63,167 nucleotides of DNA, taken from Aplysia californica (Eukaryota). Where the stretch lies: NCBI RefSeq assembly GCF_000002075.1, contig NW_004797277.1, positions 2,926,923-2,990,089 of the forward strand, given 5' to 3'. The position numbers and the translations under genes were made by a program. Below the pieces are notes generated by a model that searched no databases, was not told where the DNA came from, and worked only from the letters and a program-made list of their open reading frames with translations. Positions 49,395 to 62,655 of this stretch are shown here, piece after piece (the stretch's first letter is position 1; every line of letters begins with the position of its first letter).

Positions 49395-49735
49395 CCTCCT
49401 CTGGACTCCTGACTCTTTCTACAGCCTTTCTACTGCTACTCCTTGGCTCTATCATTGTCTATCTTACTGCTGTCTTTCAGCCACACCCCTGATCTTATGG
49501 AGGTATGATCTAACACCTATCCTTCTCGGATAAAGGCCAAAAATCTCAGAGGTCCCGAGTGCAAGTTGTGCACGATAAAGATCTCTTCGAGGTCCAAAAT
49601 TGATAAGACTAAGGGTAGGCTTCGGCCGCCACCCGGGAAAAATTCAAAATTTCCTACCAACTGAAAATGTTTAATGTGTCCCGAGCGCTCATATAACCTT
49701 ATGCAGTTGCGAGCGCCGCTAAACAACAACAACAA
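49395..49735 (+). mobile_element. 5'-truncated SINE (family of 59224-59683) with (CAA)n tail
   Basis: Shared body TCAGCCACACCCCTGATCTT and tail GCAGTTGCGAGCGCC. Confidence 0.75.
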
Positions 49736-49985
49736 CACACACACTCACACAAAACAACAACAAAAAACAACAACCCCCCCAAAAAAACAACAACAACAAC
49801 AAACAAACAACCAACAACCCCAAGACTCTGACTTCCTGGTTGATGTCTGTGAATTGTGGTTGCCCTCTGACTCTGAGAGAGACATAAGAAATGGGGACGC
49901 ACGTGGAGTACCGTTGTGAGAATATATTGAGATCTTGGAATGATGGGCTACCAACAGTGCTCGACAATATTCTCCTTTTATTTTA

Positions 49986-50579
49986 TAGTGCGATCAAAAA
50001 TTCGAGGCGCAACTTATTGTCAAATATCGAGCATGGACTCTCCAGCTTTCGCACAATGTTTTGTATCAATTTCACTAAACAGATCAATACTTTTGTAAGC
50101 ACCTGTTAGCTGCATTCGCGAAAATTCCTTTACAAATAATAATTAAAAATCCAAGTGGGTGGTTTCTACAGATTTGAAAATGTTCACAGCCTATAAAAGT
50201 AATAAAAGCAATACCGTCACTTTTTTTCCCCTAATCGCTACTTTACGCAAAAAAAGTGTTCTCTATTAAATTAATTTCTCGTAACAAGTTTTGTCACTAA
50301 AAAGTGTGTTTGGTGAGTTTTGAAACGTAGGCTATAATGTGTATGCAAAATGTATGTGAGAAGCAAAAAGTATTGTGAACAAATTACAATCCCATTTTCG
50401 CGTCACGGAGATTTATAGTATTTTTATATGAAGTTATAAAAATCATTTTTAATAACTTTGGATAAATAAGACTAAGTTAAGACAAATTGATACAAACTGA
50501 TGTGCAAAGTATGGGTGGCACTGATTCACCCATTGAAGAGATATTTTATGATAGCTGCGCCACGAATTTTGACAACATT
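49986..50579. mobile_element. ~590-bp MITE
   Basis: Inverted termini TCAAAAATTCG / CGAATTTTGA; colinear copy at ~58290-58885. Confidence 0.8.
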
Positions 50580-51069
50580 ATAGGTGATATTAATTATTTG
50601 GGCTATGTGTACCCCAAGTGAGGTGACCATTCCCATATAATTTACCTTCTTCTTAGTTCTTAGCAACACTGCCACTGAGTAGAATTTATATTCTAGTTCT
50701 AGACCTACTGAATGCCGAATGCAGAGACTGAGAAGTGAATCCAACGAAAGTCTCAACAGATCACATAGAATCTAGATCCAACGAATCACATTAGAATCTA
50801 GAATTACATGTATGTTGGCCCTATCACTCTCAGTTTAAGCAGAAATCCACAGGGGTTCTTAGGACAGAGGTCTGTTTTTTTCCCAAGAGTACCGGCACAT
50901 AGTTTATAATTTATCCAATGACAAAATAGAAACTAAGGGCCTAGGCTAAAGTGAACGAGAAAGACGCAGTACATGTAATACTAATAGAACCTAGGCCTAG
51001 CCTACTGAGAATGCCGAACGTGGCGAAGTGCAAATAAGCACTCAACTCTCCAAAACAGAATATGTTTCA

Positions 51070-51345
51070 ACATCATCATCCATCATCCAGTGCCAGATCT
51101 GCGACAGACATCGGTGATCATGATTTTCCATTCATTCCTTTGCTCGGATGCTCTCAGAAAAGCCACGTTTCCCTGATCTTTCCCTGTTACCCATTTGTTT
51201 AGGTTCCCTAAGTATGTTGTTCTGGGCCTACCCCTGCCTCGCTTGCCTTCAATTTTGCCAGTGAGAGCTAGATGTTCAAGACCCTTATGTCTATTCAGGT
51301 GTCCCAAAAACTGCATTTGTCGTTTCCTGATTGTTTTTAACAGCG
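51070..51345 (-). mobile_element. RTE LINE 3' fragment
   Basis: QFLGHLNRHKGLEHLALTGKIEGKRGRGRPR...; (GAT)n tail. Confidence 0.92.
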
Positions 51346-52521
51346 TTTTTAACAGTTTTTAACAGATTGTTTCAACAACGTCGATAATTAGCCTCCGCAT
51401 CGGGGGCTGCCCAGTTTGTCACAATTTCATATAACGTATTTGAGTATTGATGACAGTCATAATTACAGCACTTGAACACTGTAGTGGTAACTTAAGTTTT
51501 TTATTCTCCACCTTCAAAGTGGTGGTGTAGAGATAGTCCCTCTAAAATGTCAATTCAGCTTGTGTTGCTCAATATTTTTTCCTTTTTTGTATGCAAATCA
51601 GGACAATTACTCTGTAAAATTTCAACAATGAATGTTCTTTCGTTAAACACAAATGAAAAATAAAATTCAATTCATACAATCAATCAATCAATCATTCATT
51701 TACTCTATTTTAAGAGTGTCGGTGACAACTTCCATACTACTTGGCACAGTCGAGGCCTGTGACAAACTGGGCATGAGACAAACTGACAATACTGACATGC
51801 TTCTAGCATCTCGGTATCTCTGGTTTCCAAGTAATAAATAAATAAGAGTGGCGCAGGTACGTGTTTTATTCAGTTTTCAATGCCATTGGCCCACATCATA
51901 TTATAAAACATACACACTTTATATAAATCTAAAACAGACTTCCGAGAACAGCACGAATTAAAGTTATTATATAACAACAAACATTTTAAGAAAAAAGTTT
52001 TGTGTTGTGAGACAGACTGCCCACAACAAAATAGTACAGGTTGTACATTTATTTACCCCCCCCCCCCCCCCCCCCGCCATTTTTATAGTAGTCTTACTGG
52101 GAAAAGGAAAGATTTATGTTTTAAAACAGAATCCCCTGTCCGCTAACCTCTCCCCCCCCCCCACCAAAAAAAAGACAAACAACAAAACACACACACACCT
52201 CACATAAACTACTTCTCGCCATAAGTTAAATAGAAGGCCTACCTTTGTCTATTCATCAGACTGTCAAACAAAAGCTNNNNNNNNNNNNNNNNNNNNNNNN
52301 NNNNNNNNNNNNNNNNNNNNNNNNNNNNNNNNNNNNNNNNNNNNNNNNNNNNNNNNNNNNNNNNNNNNNNNNNNNNNNNNNNNNNNNNNNNNNNNNNNNN
52401 NNNNNNNNNNCTCTACGTACGTCTCATCTCTGTTCCACCAGTCTAAATTGTTTTGTGTTGTTGTAGTTCTTTTTTTCCATGCAATTATCGAACAATAATC
52501 CTATTTGAAGTATTTGAAGCT

Positions 52522-52783
52522 CACTGTTAAAAGCAATCAGGAAACGACAAATGCAGTTTTTGGGACACCTGAATAGACATAAAGGTCTTGAAATCGAGCT
52601 CTCACTAGCAAAATTGAAGGCAAAAGAGGCAAGGATAGGCCCAGATTAACCTACTTAGGAAACCTAAACAAATGGGTAACGGGGTTAAGAGCATCCGAGC
52701 AAAGAAATGAATGGAAAACCATGATCGCCGATGTCTGCCCCTGATCTGGAACTTGATGATGATGATGATGATGAAGATGATGA
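52522..52783 (+). mobile_element. RTE LINE 3' fragment with internal deletions
   Basis: Reverse-complement homologue of 51070-51345; (GAT)n tail. Confidence 0.9.
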
Positions 52784-53602
52784 ATCCAATTACTATTGCC
52801 GGTACATGTAAGACGTACGGGTAGCATCCAATAAAGTTCTCACGACGTTTAATTATTGCTTGTTTTTAATGTACCATACCAACAGTGTACCCTCCTTCAA
52901 AATATTACCTCCGCCTTTTCCAGCATTTACTTTTCATTTTAATCATTATCTTTATGCCAACCCCCCCTTCTCTCTTCCTTAACCAAACCCCATCCATTTG
53001 TGCTTTAAGAAATGAGTCAACACAAAGTTATTACATATATGTACAGTTGTATTGTGTATACATATTTATTTAAACTAAACAAACCAATAATATAATAATA
53101 AACAGTCAAGTTACAAGACAGGAGCTTGGTCCTTCCAAGACATTGGTTCATTCAGCTGCAGTTTTGTCAGCTGCACTGTACATGATGTAGTTTGTGAATG
53201 GTACAACATACATAAACAACTTGATTACGGTCAAAAAATGAAAAGGAAACGATAGTGACAACGATTATGATTTTAATGGTACTGAATGGAAATTATGACA
53301 GTTACGACCATGGAGATGAAGGTAAAATACTTTAACTGTGTGGCTAACAATGTGTCTCAGTCTCAAATACTGAATGATGACGATGAAAATGATGTTGATG
53401 ATGATGATAATGATGATTATGAAATATCTAGAGGCGACCCAAGCCATCAATGACTATCATCACCACAATTGAAGAGTAGTAGATTCAAAATTGATACCAT
53501 TGGCACCGTCTCTGGAACCCTCCAGCCAGAAAGACATGAAAATGTTTCGAACAAACAGGGAAAAATAGAATTCATCACAGCTTTCCACTTTCCCATCATA
53601 AT

Positions 53603-53800
53603 ACAGTCGAACATGCTGTAACTCTAATGACCACTTGTCCAAGACAATCACCTGTACAAACAACCACTTCCCCCCTTTGAGTTTTTTGTCATGTATATCA
53701 TAAAAGCACTGTTCAAGACTCCACCTGTATAAGATAAGCACTTTTCTCCTTGACAATTGGGCGGCCGTCTTGGACAATTTCGGCAGCATTTCTTATTTAA
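53603..53800. mobile_element. Tigger-like MITE fragment
   Basis: TACAGTCGAAC terminus; homology to 3124-3392. Confidence 0.6.
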
Positions 53801-54274
53801 CAAAAAGTTTGGCACTTTCAGAATAACTGCACAGGGAAATAACCATGCTTGTCCAAATGAACACGCCAAAAAAACCTGTATCCTACTTATAACTATTTCT
53901 ATGACTAGTGCCTTTTTTTCTTAAGTCTTCCTTGATAATCAACAGCTCTACAATGTGAGGCGTCATGTGTCCTCCTCCACTTGATATCATGTCATACTCC
54001 AGGGAATTTCAGGCACAGACTTGTATAATATCCTAGATCACGCACAGTGACATATTTCTGTTTCACTGTGGAGTTATTGAGTGCACCATTTGACTCAGTT
54101 TGATTCAAATGAAGGGCGAGGAGAGAACATGCTGCGCATACTCCACTATAGGCCGAGGTAGTGCTCTTCATCTGGGTGTAATGGCATGGTTCATGGTGTG
54201 CACACTTCATGTAGTTTTCATAGAGAGTGAAGAGTGGCAGCCATGACGGTACTCCGTCTAGTAGTACAAGTGGC

Positions 54275-54608
54275 GTCAAAAGTCCCGTGGTTAGGCTGCT
54301 GAGCTCGCAACCACAAGGTCGTGCGTTCAAACCCCAATAGGGTCCAGCGTTGTGTTCTTGGGAAAATCATTTAATACGAATTTCCTAACTTCACATATAT
54401 AGGAAAGGGTACCTAGCTATAGACAAAAGGTCTTGTCTGTTGGTGTTTGAGAACTTAATCAGCTGTGTGCACTGTGTGCTTCTCAGGAGGTCAAGAATGT
54501 TTCTGAGTGTTCTACGGTTTTATGGGTTCACAATATAGATTGTAAAGCCCATAGAGCTTGGTATTGAAAGGGGGTTAACATTTTACAAATGTTATTTATT
54601 AATTATTA
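54275..54608 (+). mobile_element. CORE-type SINE
   Basis: tRNA-like head (GTGGTTAGG...GTTCAAACCC), CORE-like TTGTGTTCTTGGGAAAATCATTTAA, L2-like TGTAAAGC tail ending in (TTA)n. Confidence 0.75.
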
Positions 54609-54979
54609 ACTGATTACAAGTCTTTGAAACACGCATACAAAGCACACAACAGAGACAGTCATTTCCTTTACAGCTGGATGAATATGTTCAACCAGGCTGT
54701 TTGGGTCATGTGGTCCATATTTTGATTGATGAATAAGAACAAAGAGTATAAAGTAACAACCATCAGATAATGAACTTGAAATCATTGTCTGTAGCATGTG
54801 AACTGGGTTCCATTGTCCACTCTGAAAAATTGTCAAACCAAACAAGCTGGTAGAAGCATTTTTTCTAAAAAGCGGCACAATAGACAAAAATAATCACAGT
54901 CCAGCAGAGTGTTTTGAATTTCGGTAAAGCTGAAATTGTGGCTTTGACCATGGTGGTTTTTCTTTTATACCAGTACTCA

Positions 54980-55065
<86 letters not shown>

Positions 55066-55362
55066 GAAAAGTAAGCATTATAAATAAATGTAAATAAATG
55101 AATACTAAAAATCCATGCAGTTCTCTGTGCAAGACGCTCAGCTCCATCAGAATCTCCAGCATTATAGGCTTGTGCTATTAATAGTACAAATCTATGTTCA
55201 GCACCGATATGTTGGGGAGTGTGGCCATAGACTGAATGTTGGAGGAAGTATGAGTAGGTCAACAACTTGTTTGCTGTACTGTACATGACCATTATTTCAC
55301 ATGGTTGAAGGAAGCAAGGTTAGGTTCACAACTTGTTTTCAGCACTATAAATGAACACCATT

Positions 55363-55492
55363 TCACGTTGTTGGAAGTGACGCCATTCCCTGAATGTCCA
55401 TGGAAGTAGTCGTAGGTTTACAACTTGTTTGCTGGAATGTTGTCAGCAAGGCTTGGTTGCTTTGTGTCAGCAGCGTATAATTGACAGTCACA
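55363..55492 (-). CDS. TMEM106B: TMEM106B-like terminal exon (VTVNYTLLTQSNQALLTTFQQTSCKPTTTSMDIQGMASLPTT*)
   Basis: TTTTCAG acceptor, phase 2 fits; aligns with the family end VTV..Y..HSEQ...YQYVDC. Confidence 0.82.
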
Positions 55493-57024
55493 CTGAAAAC
55501 ACAAAATGTGAACATTTTCGTTAGCTCTCTACGCTTTGTTGGCAACATGAATAAAACATGGGTGAATATTAATTTATTAGTGAGGAAAAGTATGACAGGT
55601 ACATGATAGGGCAGTTTGGGTAAAAGTAGCTTGAATCCCCCCCCCCCCCCCCCTTTCAGAATTGTGCTCAGATATAAGTTTACTCTGGGGGTCAGAGTGG
55701 GGTTGGTGCAACGTCTTATAGGCAGGCTCGTCAACTTATTTATGGCCAGCAACTATTTTTGTCAACTTTAAGAAGCTAATTTGTTTGTACCACCCAACTA
55801 CAAGCATTTCCCAGCAGGACATAAAATAATACACGTCACTACTCAAGTGATCCCCACCACCCACCAAAATTACTTATGCCCCAGTAGTTGGCGGTACCAC
55901 CCAGGTTAGTAAGCAAGCACTGTGACACAGGAACAGAACAAGCGAGCTGTGACTGTAGATATGCACGAAGACAAGAGGCTTTATATTTTACTATCACCCA
56001 GATTGGTACATGTATCCCTCTCTCTCTTTCCCCCTCTCCTCTCCTCTCTCTTTCTTCATCTATTTATCTATTCTACCGATCTATNNNNNNNNNNNNNNNN
56101 NNNNNNNNNNNNNNNNNNNNNNNNNNNNNNNNNNNNNNNNNNNNNNNNNNNNNNNNNNNNNNNNNNNNNNNNNNNNNNNNNNNNNNNNNNNNNNNNNNNN
56201 NNNNNNNNNNNNNNNNNNNNNNNNNNNNNNNNNNNNNNNNCTCCTTTCCAGGCTTCATTACTCGAACCACCTGGTCAGTTCACAAAAAGTCTTCAGACTG
56301 ACCTACATATATGCTTTGCTTCTTTCATGACTGATTAAACTGGGGCCAGATTTATGTTTTCTGACTGAGAGTACCTTGACAGCGACATAATGGAAACTAA
56401 ATCTCATCGAGACTTCAACAGTAATGACTTTCAACAAACATGAATATATGCACTTCCCCTAAAGGCTTACAAAACGTAAGTCCAAGAGTAATCGTTAATG
56501 CCTTTTTCAACGCCTTAAGGTTATTTAAGAGGTGAGACCTCTGGATGTAACATCCATCTCTGATAGAACCAAGCCAAGTAGGTGGAGAGCCTGGAAAAAT
56601 AACTTTCAAAGTTCCAGAAGGCTGCATTGGGGATTTAAACCAGGGTCCCCAGAACTGAAGCTCAGCTTGATGCCAGCAGAATTAACAGCACTTCCACGAT
56701 AAACAGCCTTGAATCCAAAATGAAGGTGAGTGTAAAAAAGTAAAAGCAACACACAAATATGAAAGACTTATTTACAAACAGACTCTTTTAGTCGCTTGCC
56801 CAATCCCATCAAGCTGACACCACCCGATAAGTGCAATATTAATTGTGCACATGATGTGTTAGCTATAGTTTACATAAGATTACGATAAGGTTAGTTTTAA
56901 AGATGGTAAAAAGTGCATTATTACTTTTTATAGTTACGACTACTATTACTGAAATCTAGAAAGGGAATGCAAAGAAGATTTTTAAGATCATTTACAAACA
57001 CACTCTATAATTTTCAACACTCAC

Positions 57025-57078
57025 GAGAAGAACAGATAGAATTCGTACTCCCACTTGTATGGAGCTTTACATCGTTTT
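57025..57078 (-). CDS. TMEM106B: TMEM106B-like 54-nt exon (KRCKAPYKWEYEFYLFF)
   Basis: CCACAG/GTGAGT; conserved Cys; phase 2/2. Confidence 0.85.
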
Positions 57079-57089
57079 CTGTGGAGACA

Positions 57090-58290
57090 AAACATGCAGG
57101 CTGATTTCTCCTACCCATCCAACCAAATGTAACTGAAAAAAACATCAAGCCCACACAGGCTTTTTTTCTACCCATCTAACTACATCTAAATGTAAGTGTA
57201 ATAAAACAGACAGACATGTGCGCCCAAGCTTTTCCTTCAGCCCATCACGCTGGATGTAACTATACAACCAAAAATAAGCCCATACCAAACATGCCCAAAT
57301 AAGTTTTTTCTCTGCTCATCCAACTACTAGATTCGGCTATTTAAAAAAATACAACTAAAGAAATAAACAGAACATGTCTATGCAAGCTATTCCTTGACCC
57401 ATTCAACTAAATCTAAATGTAATGTAAATATGCACACATGTCCATATAGGTAATAGTGTTTCCTCTACCCATTCAGCTAGAGCTATAATAGATCAAGGCA
57501 AACCACAAGGAAGACTGGAAGAATGCAAGGGACACATGTATGACAGGAAGGATGATGTATGACCACATGAATAAACCACCGGTCAACAATCCAATCAATG
57601 AGTTAAGGAGGGAAGATCAGTTCATAATCTTCCAACTTAGAAAATAATATGTGCCCCTCAACCAACATCTCAACCGAATTGGAGTAAAGCAGTCTGCTGC
57701 CTGCCCACTATGTGACTACCCCTCAGAGACAGTGGAACATCATCTGTTCTTCTGTAGAAAACTAACCGATCCAAGGGGATGTTTTCTTCCCAAACTACAC
57801 CACACATCTCACTGCCTCTACTCCTCAAGACAACAATTAGAAAAGACATGCAGCTATTACAGAATGGCATCATGCAGAAGAGTTAACGCTCAAATGCTAC
57901 TGGATCATTAACAACAACATAGCTCTTTACTGTAAAAAAGCAAAAAAATTACAAAATATGCCCACATAAGCAATTTCACTCTCCGTCCAACAAGATTCAG
58001 TAAAAATGTTAACGTACAAAACATGACTTGTCTACAGAGGCTTTTCTTTCAACCCACCAGCAAAAACTGACACTAAAAGTTAAAAAAACAACAACCCTGA
58101 CCAACTATAAAATATGCCCACATCAGCCTTTTCTTTATCGATCCAACTGGATGTAACTGTAAGTAAAACTGTAAAATATGTTCTTATAAACTTTTTCTTT
58201 TTCTATCCTACTACATGTAAATCTTAATCTAAGTGTAAATTTTTAAAAACAAAAATGTCCATATTACTTGTCATCTATCCATCCAACTAT
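57090..58290. repeat. Degenerate ~55-70-bp intronic tandem repeat (…TACCCATCCAACT…ATGTAA…), split by a LINE fragment
   Basis: Motif recurs at about 57110, 57170, 57240, 57315, 57397, 57465, 57980, 58050, 58140, 58205 and 58275. Confidence 0.75.
57498..57919 (+). mobile_element. Non-LTR retrotransposon 3' fragment (I/Nimb-like) with CCHC zinc knuckle
   Basis: LNQHLNRIG...CPLC...ETVEHHLFFC; short (ACA)n tail. Confidence 0.88.
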
Positions 58291-58885
58291 AGTGGGGTCA
58301 AAAATTCGTGGTGCAGCCTATTGCAATATTTCCTAAACTATCGAATACATACTCTCCAACTTTTGCACAATGACTTGTATCAATTTGTATTAACAGATCA
58401 ATATTTTTGTAAAATACATTCTAGAAAAGTCCTTAATAAATGCTAATTAAAAATCCAAGTACGTGGTTTCTACAGATTTTAAAAAGTTCACAGCAAGTCC
58501 GTCATTTTTTTCTAATCGTGACGCAACCTTTATTGAACCCATGTTTTGAGAACCTTTAGTGTAAAAAATGTGTTCACTTGTCACAAGTGTCGCCACTAAA
58601 AAGTGTCATAGGTGAGCTGTGACATAGGCCATATGCATGATGCATATATACAAAATGTGTTTTAAGAAGTGGGAAGTGCTGTGAACAATCCCTTTTTCAG
58701 TGTGATAGAATTTTATATAAATTTAAGAAGAAAAAATTTTATAATCTAGCCTCAATTTTTGTAAAAACAATATGATTAAGTTAAGAAAATTGATAGAAAC
58801 TGCTGTGCAACGTATGGATGACATTGATTCACCCGTTAAAGAGAAATTTGGAGATAAGTTGTGCAACAAATTTTTGACCACGCTA
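58290..58885. mobile_element. ~590-bp MITE (family of 49986-50579)
   Basis: GGTCAAAAATT / AATTTTTGACC inverted termini; colinear homology. Confidence 0.8.
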
Positions 58886-58943
58886 TTCTTTGTAAATGTA
58901 ACAAAACATATACAGTATGTTCATTAAAAGAAAAAAAACATAC

Positions 58944-59143
58944 ACAAAAGTAGTTCCCTGAGCATCCTGTAATTTAATCTGTACGGGTACGCTGAGTGTG
59001 GCATCAGACTTCAGTTCTATCTCCAGCGGGTTGTCTACGTATGCGGTGGCATTACCCAACGCTGACTGGAAGTATCTGGCTGTTAATGACACCCCTGTCA
59101 CTGTCACCTGCACAAAATTGCAGTTGCTCAGGTTGAACTGGTG
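58944..59143 (-). CDS. TMEM106B: TMEM106B-like exon (HQFNLSNCNFVQVTVTGV...QGTTFV; lumenal LEA2-like domain)
   Basis: CCGCAG/GTATGT; NxSNxNF motif matches family NITNNNY. Confidence 0.88.
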
Positions 59144-59223
59144 CTGCGGAGGGCAGGGAAAATGGGGGTGAGTTATCTTTTATTTTATGGTTTAGTTTAG
59201 AACAGGGATGGGCAAAATTTCCC

Positions 59224-59683
59224 GGGGGCGCTCTCGAAGCCTAGAGGTTAAGGTGTTCGCCTCTCATTCAAAAGTCCCGGGCTCGAATCTGGGTAGCAAC
59301 GGAAATTTTTTTCTCCCTAAAATTGCCTCCTTTCACTTTCACCTCCGTTCCTGCTCTCTAGCAATGATCTGTCGTGTGCTTTCGTCTCCTCTTTCTGCCC
59401 CCACCCTCCTTTGCCCCCTCCTCTAGGCTCCTGACTCTTTCAGCAGTCTTTCTACTGCTACTCCTTGTACTTATTACTGCTGTCTTTCAGCCACACCCCT
59501 GATCTTCTAGTAGGAACCATCCACACCTAGCCTTCTCGGAAAAGGGCGAAGAATCTCTGAGGTTCGTGTGAAAGTTGTGCATGTTAAAGATCCCCTGGTG
59601 GTCTAAAATAGATAAGAGTAGGCTTATTTTGGTGTGTCCCACGTGCTCATATGATCTGATGCAGTAGCCAGCGCAGTAAAACA
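59224..59683 (+). mobile_element. Apparently full-length tRNA-derived SINE
   Basis: AGCCTAGAGGTTAAGG A box, GGCTCGAATC B box, pyrimidine-rich body, tail GCTCATATGATCT...GCAGT...GTAAAAC. Confidence 0.82.
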
Positions 59684-60563
59684 CTTACCAAAATTAAAAA
59701 AAACAATTTTAAAAAACTTTCCCAGATCAGGCACCATGATCAACAAAGAGCTACATCTTGTAAACCTGAAAATGGTGCGCAATGTCAAATTACTTTTCTC
59801 ACATACAAAATATACCAAAGCGCATAGCTGCCCACCCCTCTCTGTGGCTATCAGGGACATCCTTGCTCAGAATCAGGGACATTGACTAATTATCAGGGAC
59901 ACCTTACTCATAGTCGTTATACCTTAATACTGCACACCTGCCAAGTCTCCTGAATTTAAATTCTATTTTAAATAATATAATCACAAACAAATGGATGCAA
60001 ACAAATGGATGCTATATATTCTACATTAAAGAAAGACCTTTTACTTCAATCTCATGAAACACTTTGCGCCCATTTTTCTTATATATGTACTGAAGGCTTT
60101 AAAAACACATGTTCATTACATTTTACAGCTATATAAAACTGTAAAGATGTCTTTCTCAAATGAAGTTGGTGTACTCCTCATTCACAAAAGTAACCATCTC
60201 AAATACTACCTGAGAAATCTGAACAATTAAAAAAAAAAGAAAAAAGAAAAAAACCCAAAAACCAACAACCAAAAAAAGCAGTCACCAGGAAAGATACTTA
60301 TTTTCAGATATGAAATAAAACACACACAAAAATTTAATGCACATGTAGACTGCGCACACNNNNNNNNNNNNNNNNNNNNNNNNNNNNNNNNNNNNNNNNN
60401 NNNNNNNNNNNNNNNNNNNNNNNNNNNNNNNNNNNNNNNNNNNNNNNNNNNNNNNNNNNNNNNNNNNNNNNNNNNNNNNNNNNNNNNNNNNNNNNNNNNN
60501 NNGAGCAGAATGGCCTGGCTGACGTGATCACAAACAATACAATGTGTGCTAGAGTGTACTCAC

Positions 60564-60729
60564 CACAACATCTAGCGTGACGGTGTTGGCTGTGGAGTTG
60601 ATGTTCACGTGGTGTGAGAGGAGGAAGGGGCTGCTGCTGCTCAGCGTGATGTCACGTGGCATGAGGAAGAAGACCAGGAGGCCGGCCACGATGGCACAGA
60701 TGATCACGGCGATCACGACATACATCACA
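60564..60729 (-). CDS. TMEM106B: TMEM106B-like transmembrane exon (VMYVVIAVIICAIVAGLLVFFLMPRDITL...)
   Basis: Single TM helix ending FFLxPR; CACAG/GTGAGT. Confidence 0.93.
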
Positions 60730-62049
60730 CTGTGGGGTGGGCGGGAGAGGAAAGGGGCGAAGAGAGGGGGAGGGGATAACAAATATGTACAGGGTACATA
60801 ATATATTAGATTTCCAATGGAAAACTATGGGGTGATTAAAAATTAGAAATTACAACTTTTCCAAAAAACTTTACAACTTTTATCTACATAACTGAATCTC
60901 GTACAAAAAAGGGTAATTTAATTCCAAAGTAATGTGTCAGACATAAAAATCTATACAGAAAAGAACTTGTCAAAAATGGAAACGGTTTATTGAAAAAAAA
61001 CCCCAACAAAAACATGTGTCAACGCAAAATGCATCCTTTTTGTAATTGCAAAAAATAAATAAGGCACTGACAGGTTAATTTGATTTGTTTTCTTTATTCT
61101 CTTTTTAACACTTATTTTTTCCACTCCTGTGACATTTTATTAAACAATATAATGTAATTAATTTCTTTTACAGGGTTACAGAAAGACATTAATTTATTCT
61201 GGAATTCCTGTCACTAGTTCTCGACATGCCCTTCTTTGGACTCGGGCGTCGTTCAAAGGCGGTCAAACATAAAGAAGGACCCGCCAAACCCTAAGCAGCT
61301 TACAGTAAGCCCCACACACTCTGTACACCTTTCAGTACGGATTGGCTTTTGGGGAAGATAAGGAGTTGAGTGGGATACCGAGGTGTACCCAATAGACTTT
61401 TTTTTTTGNNNNNNNNNNNNNNNNNNNNNNNNNNNNNNNNNNNNNNNNNNNNNNNNNNNNNNNNNNNNNNNNNNNNNNNNNNNNNNNNNNNNNNNNNNNN
61501 NNNNNNNNNNNNNNNNNNNNNNNNNNNNNNNNNNNNNNNNNNNNNNNNNNNNNNNNNNNNNNNNNNNNNNNNNNNNNNNNNNNNNNNNNNNNNNNNNNNN
61601 NNNNNNNNNNNNNNNNNNNNNNNNNNNNNNNNNNNNNNNNNNNNNNNNNNNNNNNNNNNNNNNNNNNNNNNNNNNNNNNNNNNNNNNNNNNNNNNNNNNN
61701 NNNNNNNNNNNNNNNNNNNNNNNNNNNNNNNNNNNNNNNNNNNNNNNNNNNNNNNNNNNNNNNNNNNNNNNNNNNNNNNNNNNNNNNNNNNNNNNNNNNN
61801 NNNNNNNNNNNNNNNNNNNNNNNNNNNNNNNNNNNNNNNNNNNNNNNNNNNNNNNNNNNAAACAACAACAAACAAACTTGCAAAAGCAAAAACAAACAAT
61901 AACAACTCCGAAACAAAACAAAAAGAAAGACCCAACCTAAACAAAAAACAACAACAACAAAAAACAACAACTCATAAACCGGTATAGGTAGGCCTATGCA
62001 TAGTACTTAACATGCATCAGCATGCATGACCCAGGGTTGGTGTACTCAC

Positions 62050-62113
62050 GTTCGTCTTGGCTTCAGTCGTTTGTCTTTCATGGGAATCAAGGCAACCAAC
62101 TCACTCTGAAATG
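62050..62113 (-). CDS. TMEM106B: TMEM106B-like 64-nt exon (FQSELVALIPMKDKRLKPRRT); upstream exon(s) not found in the window
   Basis: Diagnostic LVALIPxxDxRLxPRRT; CTACAG/GTGAGT. Confidence 0.96.
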
Positions 62114-62482
62114 CTGTAGAAAAACACACACGCTGGTGAGACTAGGTTGCTGGGTTTTTTTTTCCAAAACATAATTTAGGAGTTTTAAATCCCCTAATCG
62201 ACACGACAAGGATCATTTGGTCGTTTTTTAAGCACAATATAGGGGGCTATCCCGATTAACGCTGTTTTGTGAAAATCGAAGTTATAATTTTTGGATCCTT
62301 ATTCAGTCTCTTTAAAAGACGAGGAGAGTTTTCTCTACAACCAAACAAATATACTCACCAATGAAACCAAACTTCTCCTATATGTAGGACAATGCCCACT
62401 TTTGGTATAGATCAAGATTTCTGGAAATCCCCGAAATCTGGGTTAGCCCGCTTGTCCTTAAAAGCGACTATTTTTTAGAAGG

Positions 62483-62655
62483 CCGGCTTCGACCCTGCCT
62501 AGTTCAGTGCCAGCCCAGGGTGATAGTTGGGGATACAACGACCCAGCAGACAGATAGATCGAAATACTCAATCAAAATTCTTCCCCCATGGGAATCGAAC
62601 TAGGGTCTTCTGCTTGTGAGGACAAAATGCCTAAATCGTTACACCAAAGACGCCG
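62483..62655 (-). mobile_element. tRNA-derived SINE
   Basis: Minus strand TGGTGTAACGATTTAGGC...GTTCGATTCCC; shares CCCAGCAGACAGATAG with the family. Confidence 0.78.

Noticed and set aside
56415-56627. ORF with TFCKPLGEVHIF as a possible TMEM106 exon
   Set aside because: No suitable splice sites; 57025-57078 fits phase and size.
59224-59310. tRNA gene (also 49110-49195 and 54280-54345)
   Set aside because: No complete cloverleaf; continues into SINE body and tail.
61253-61987. Long ORFs spanning N runs (here and at other gaps)
   Set aside because: Artefacts of assembly gaps.
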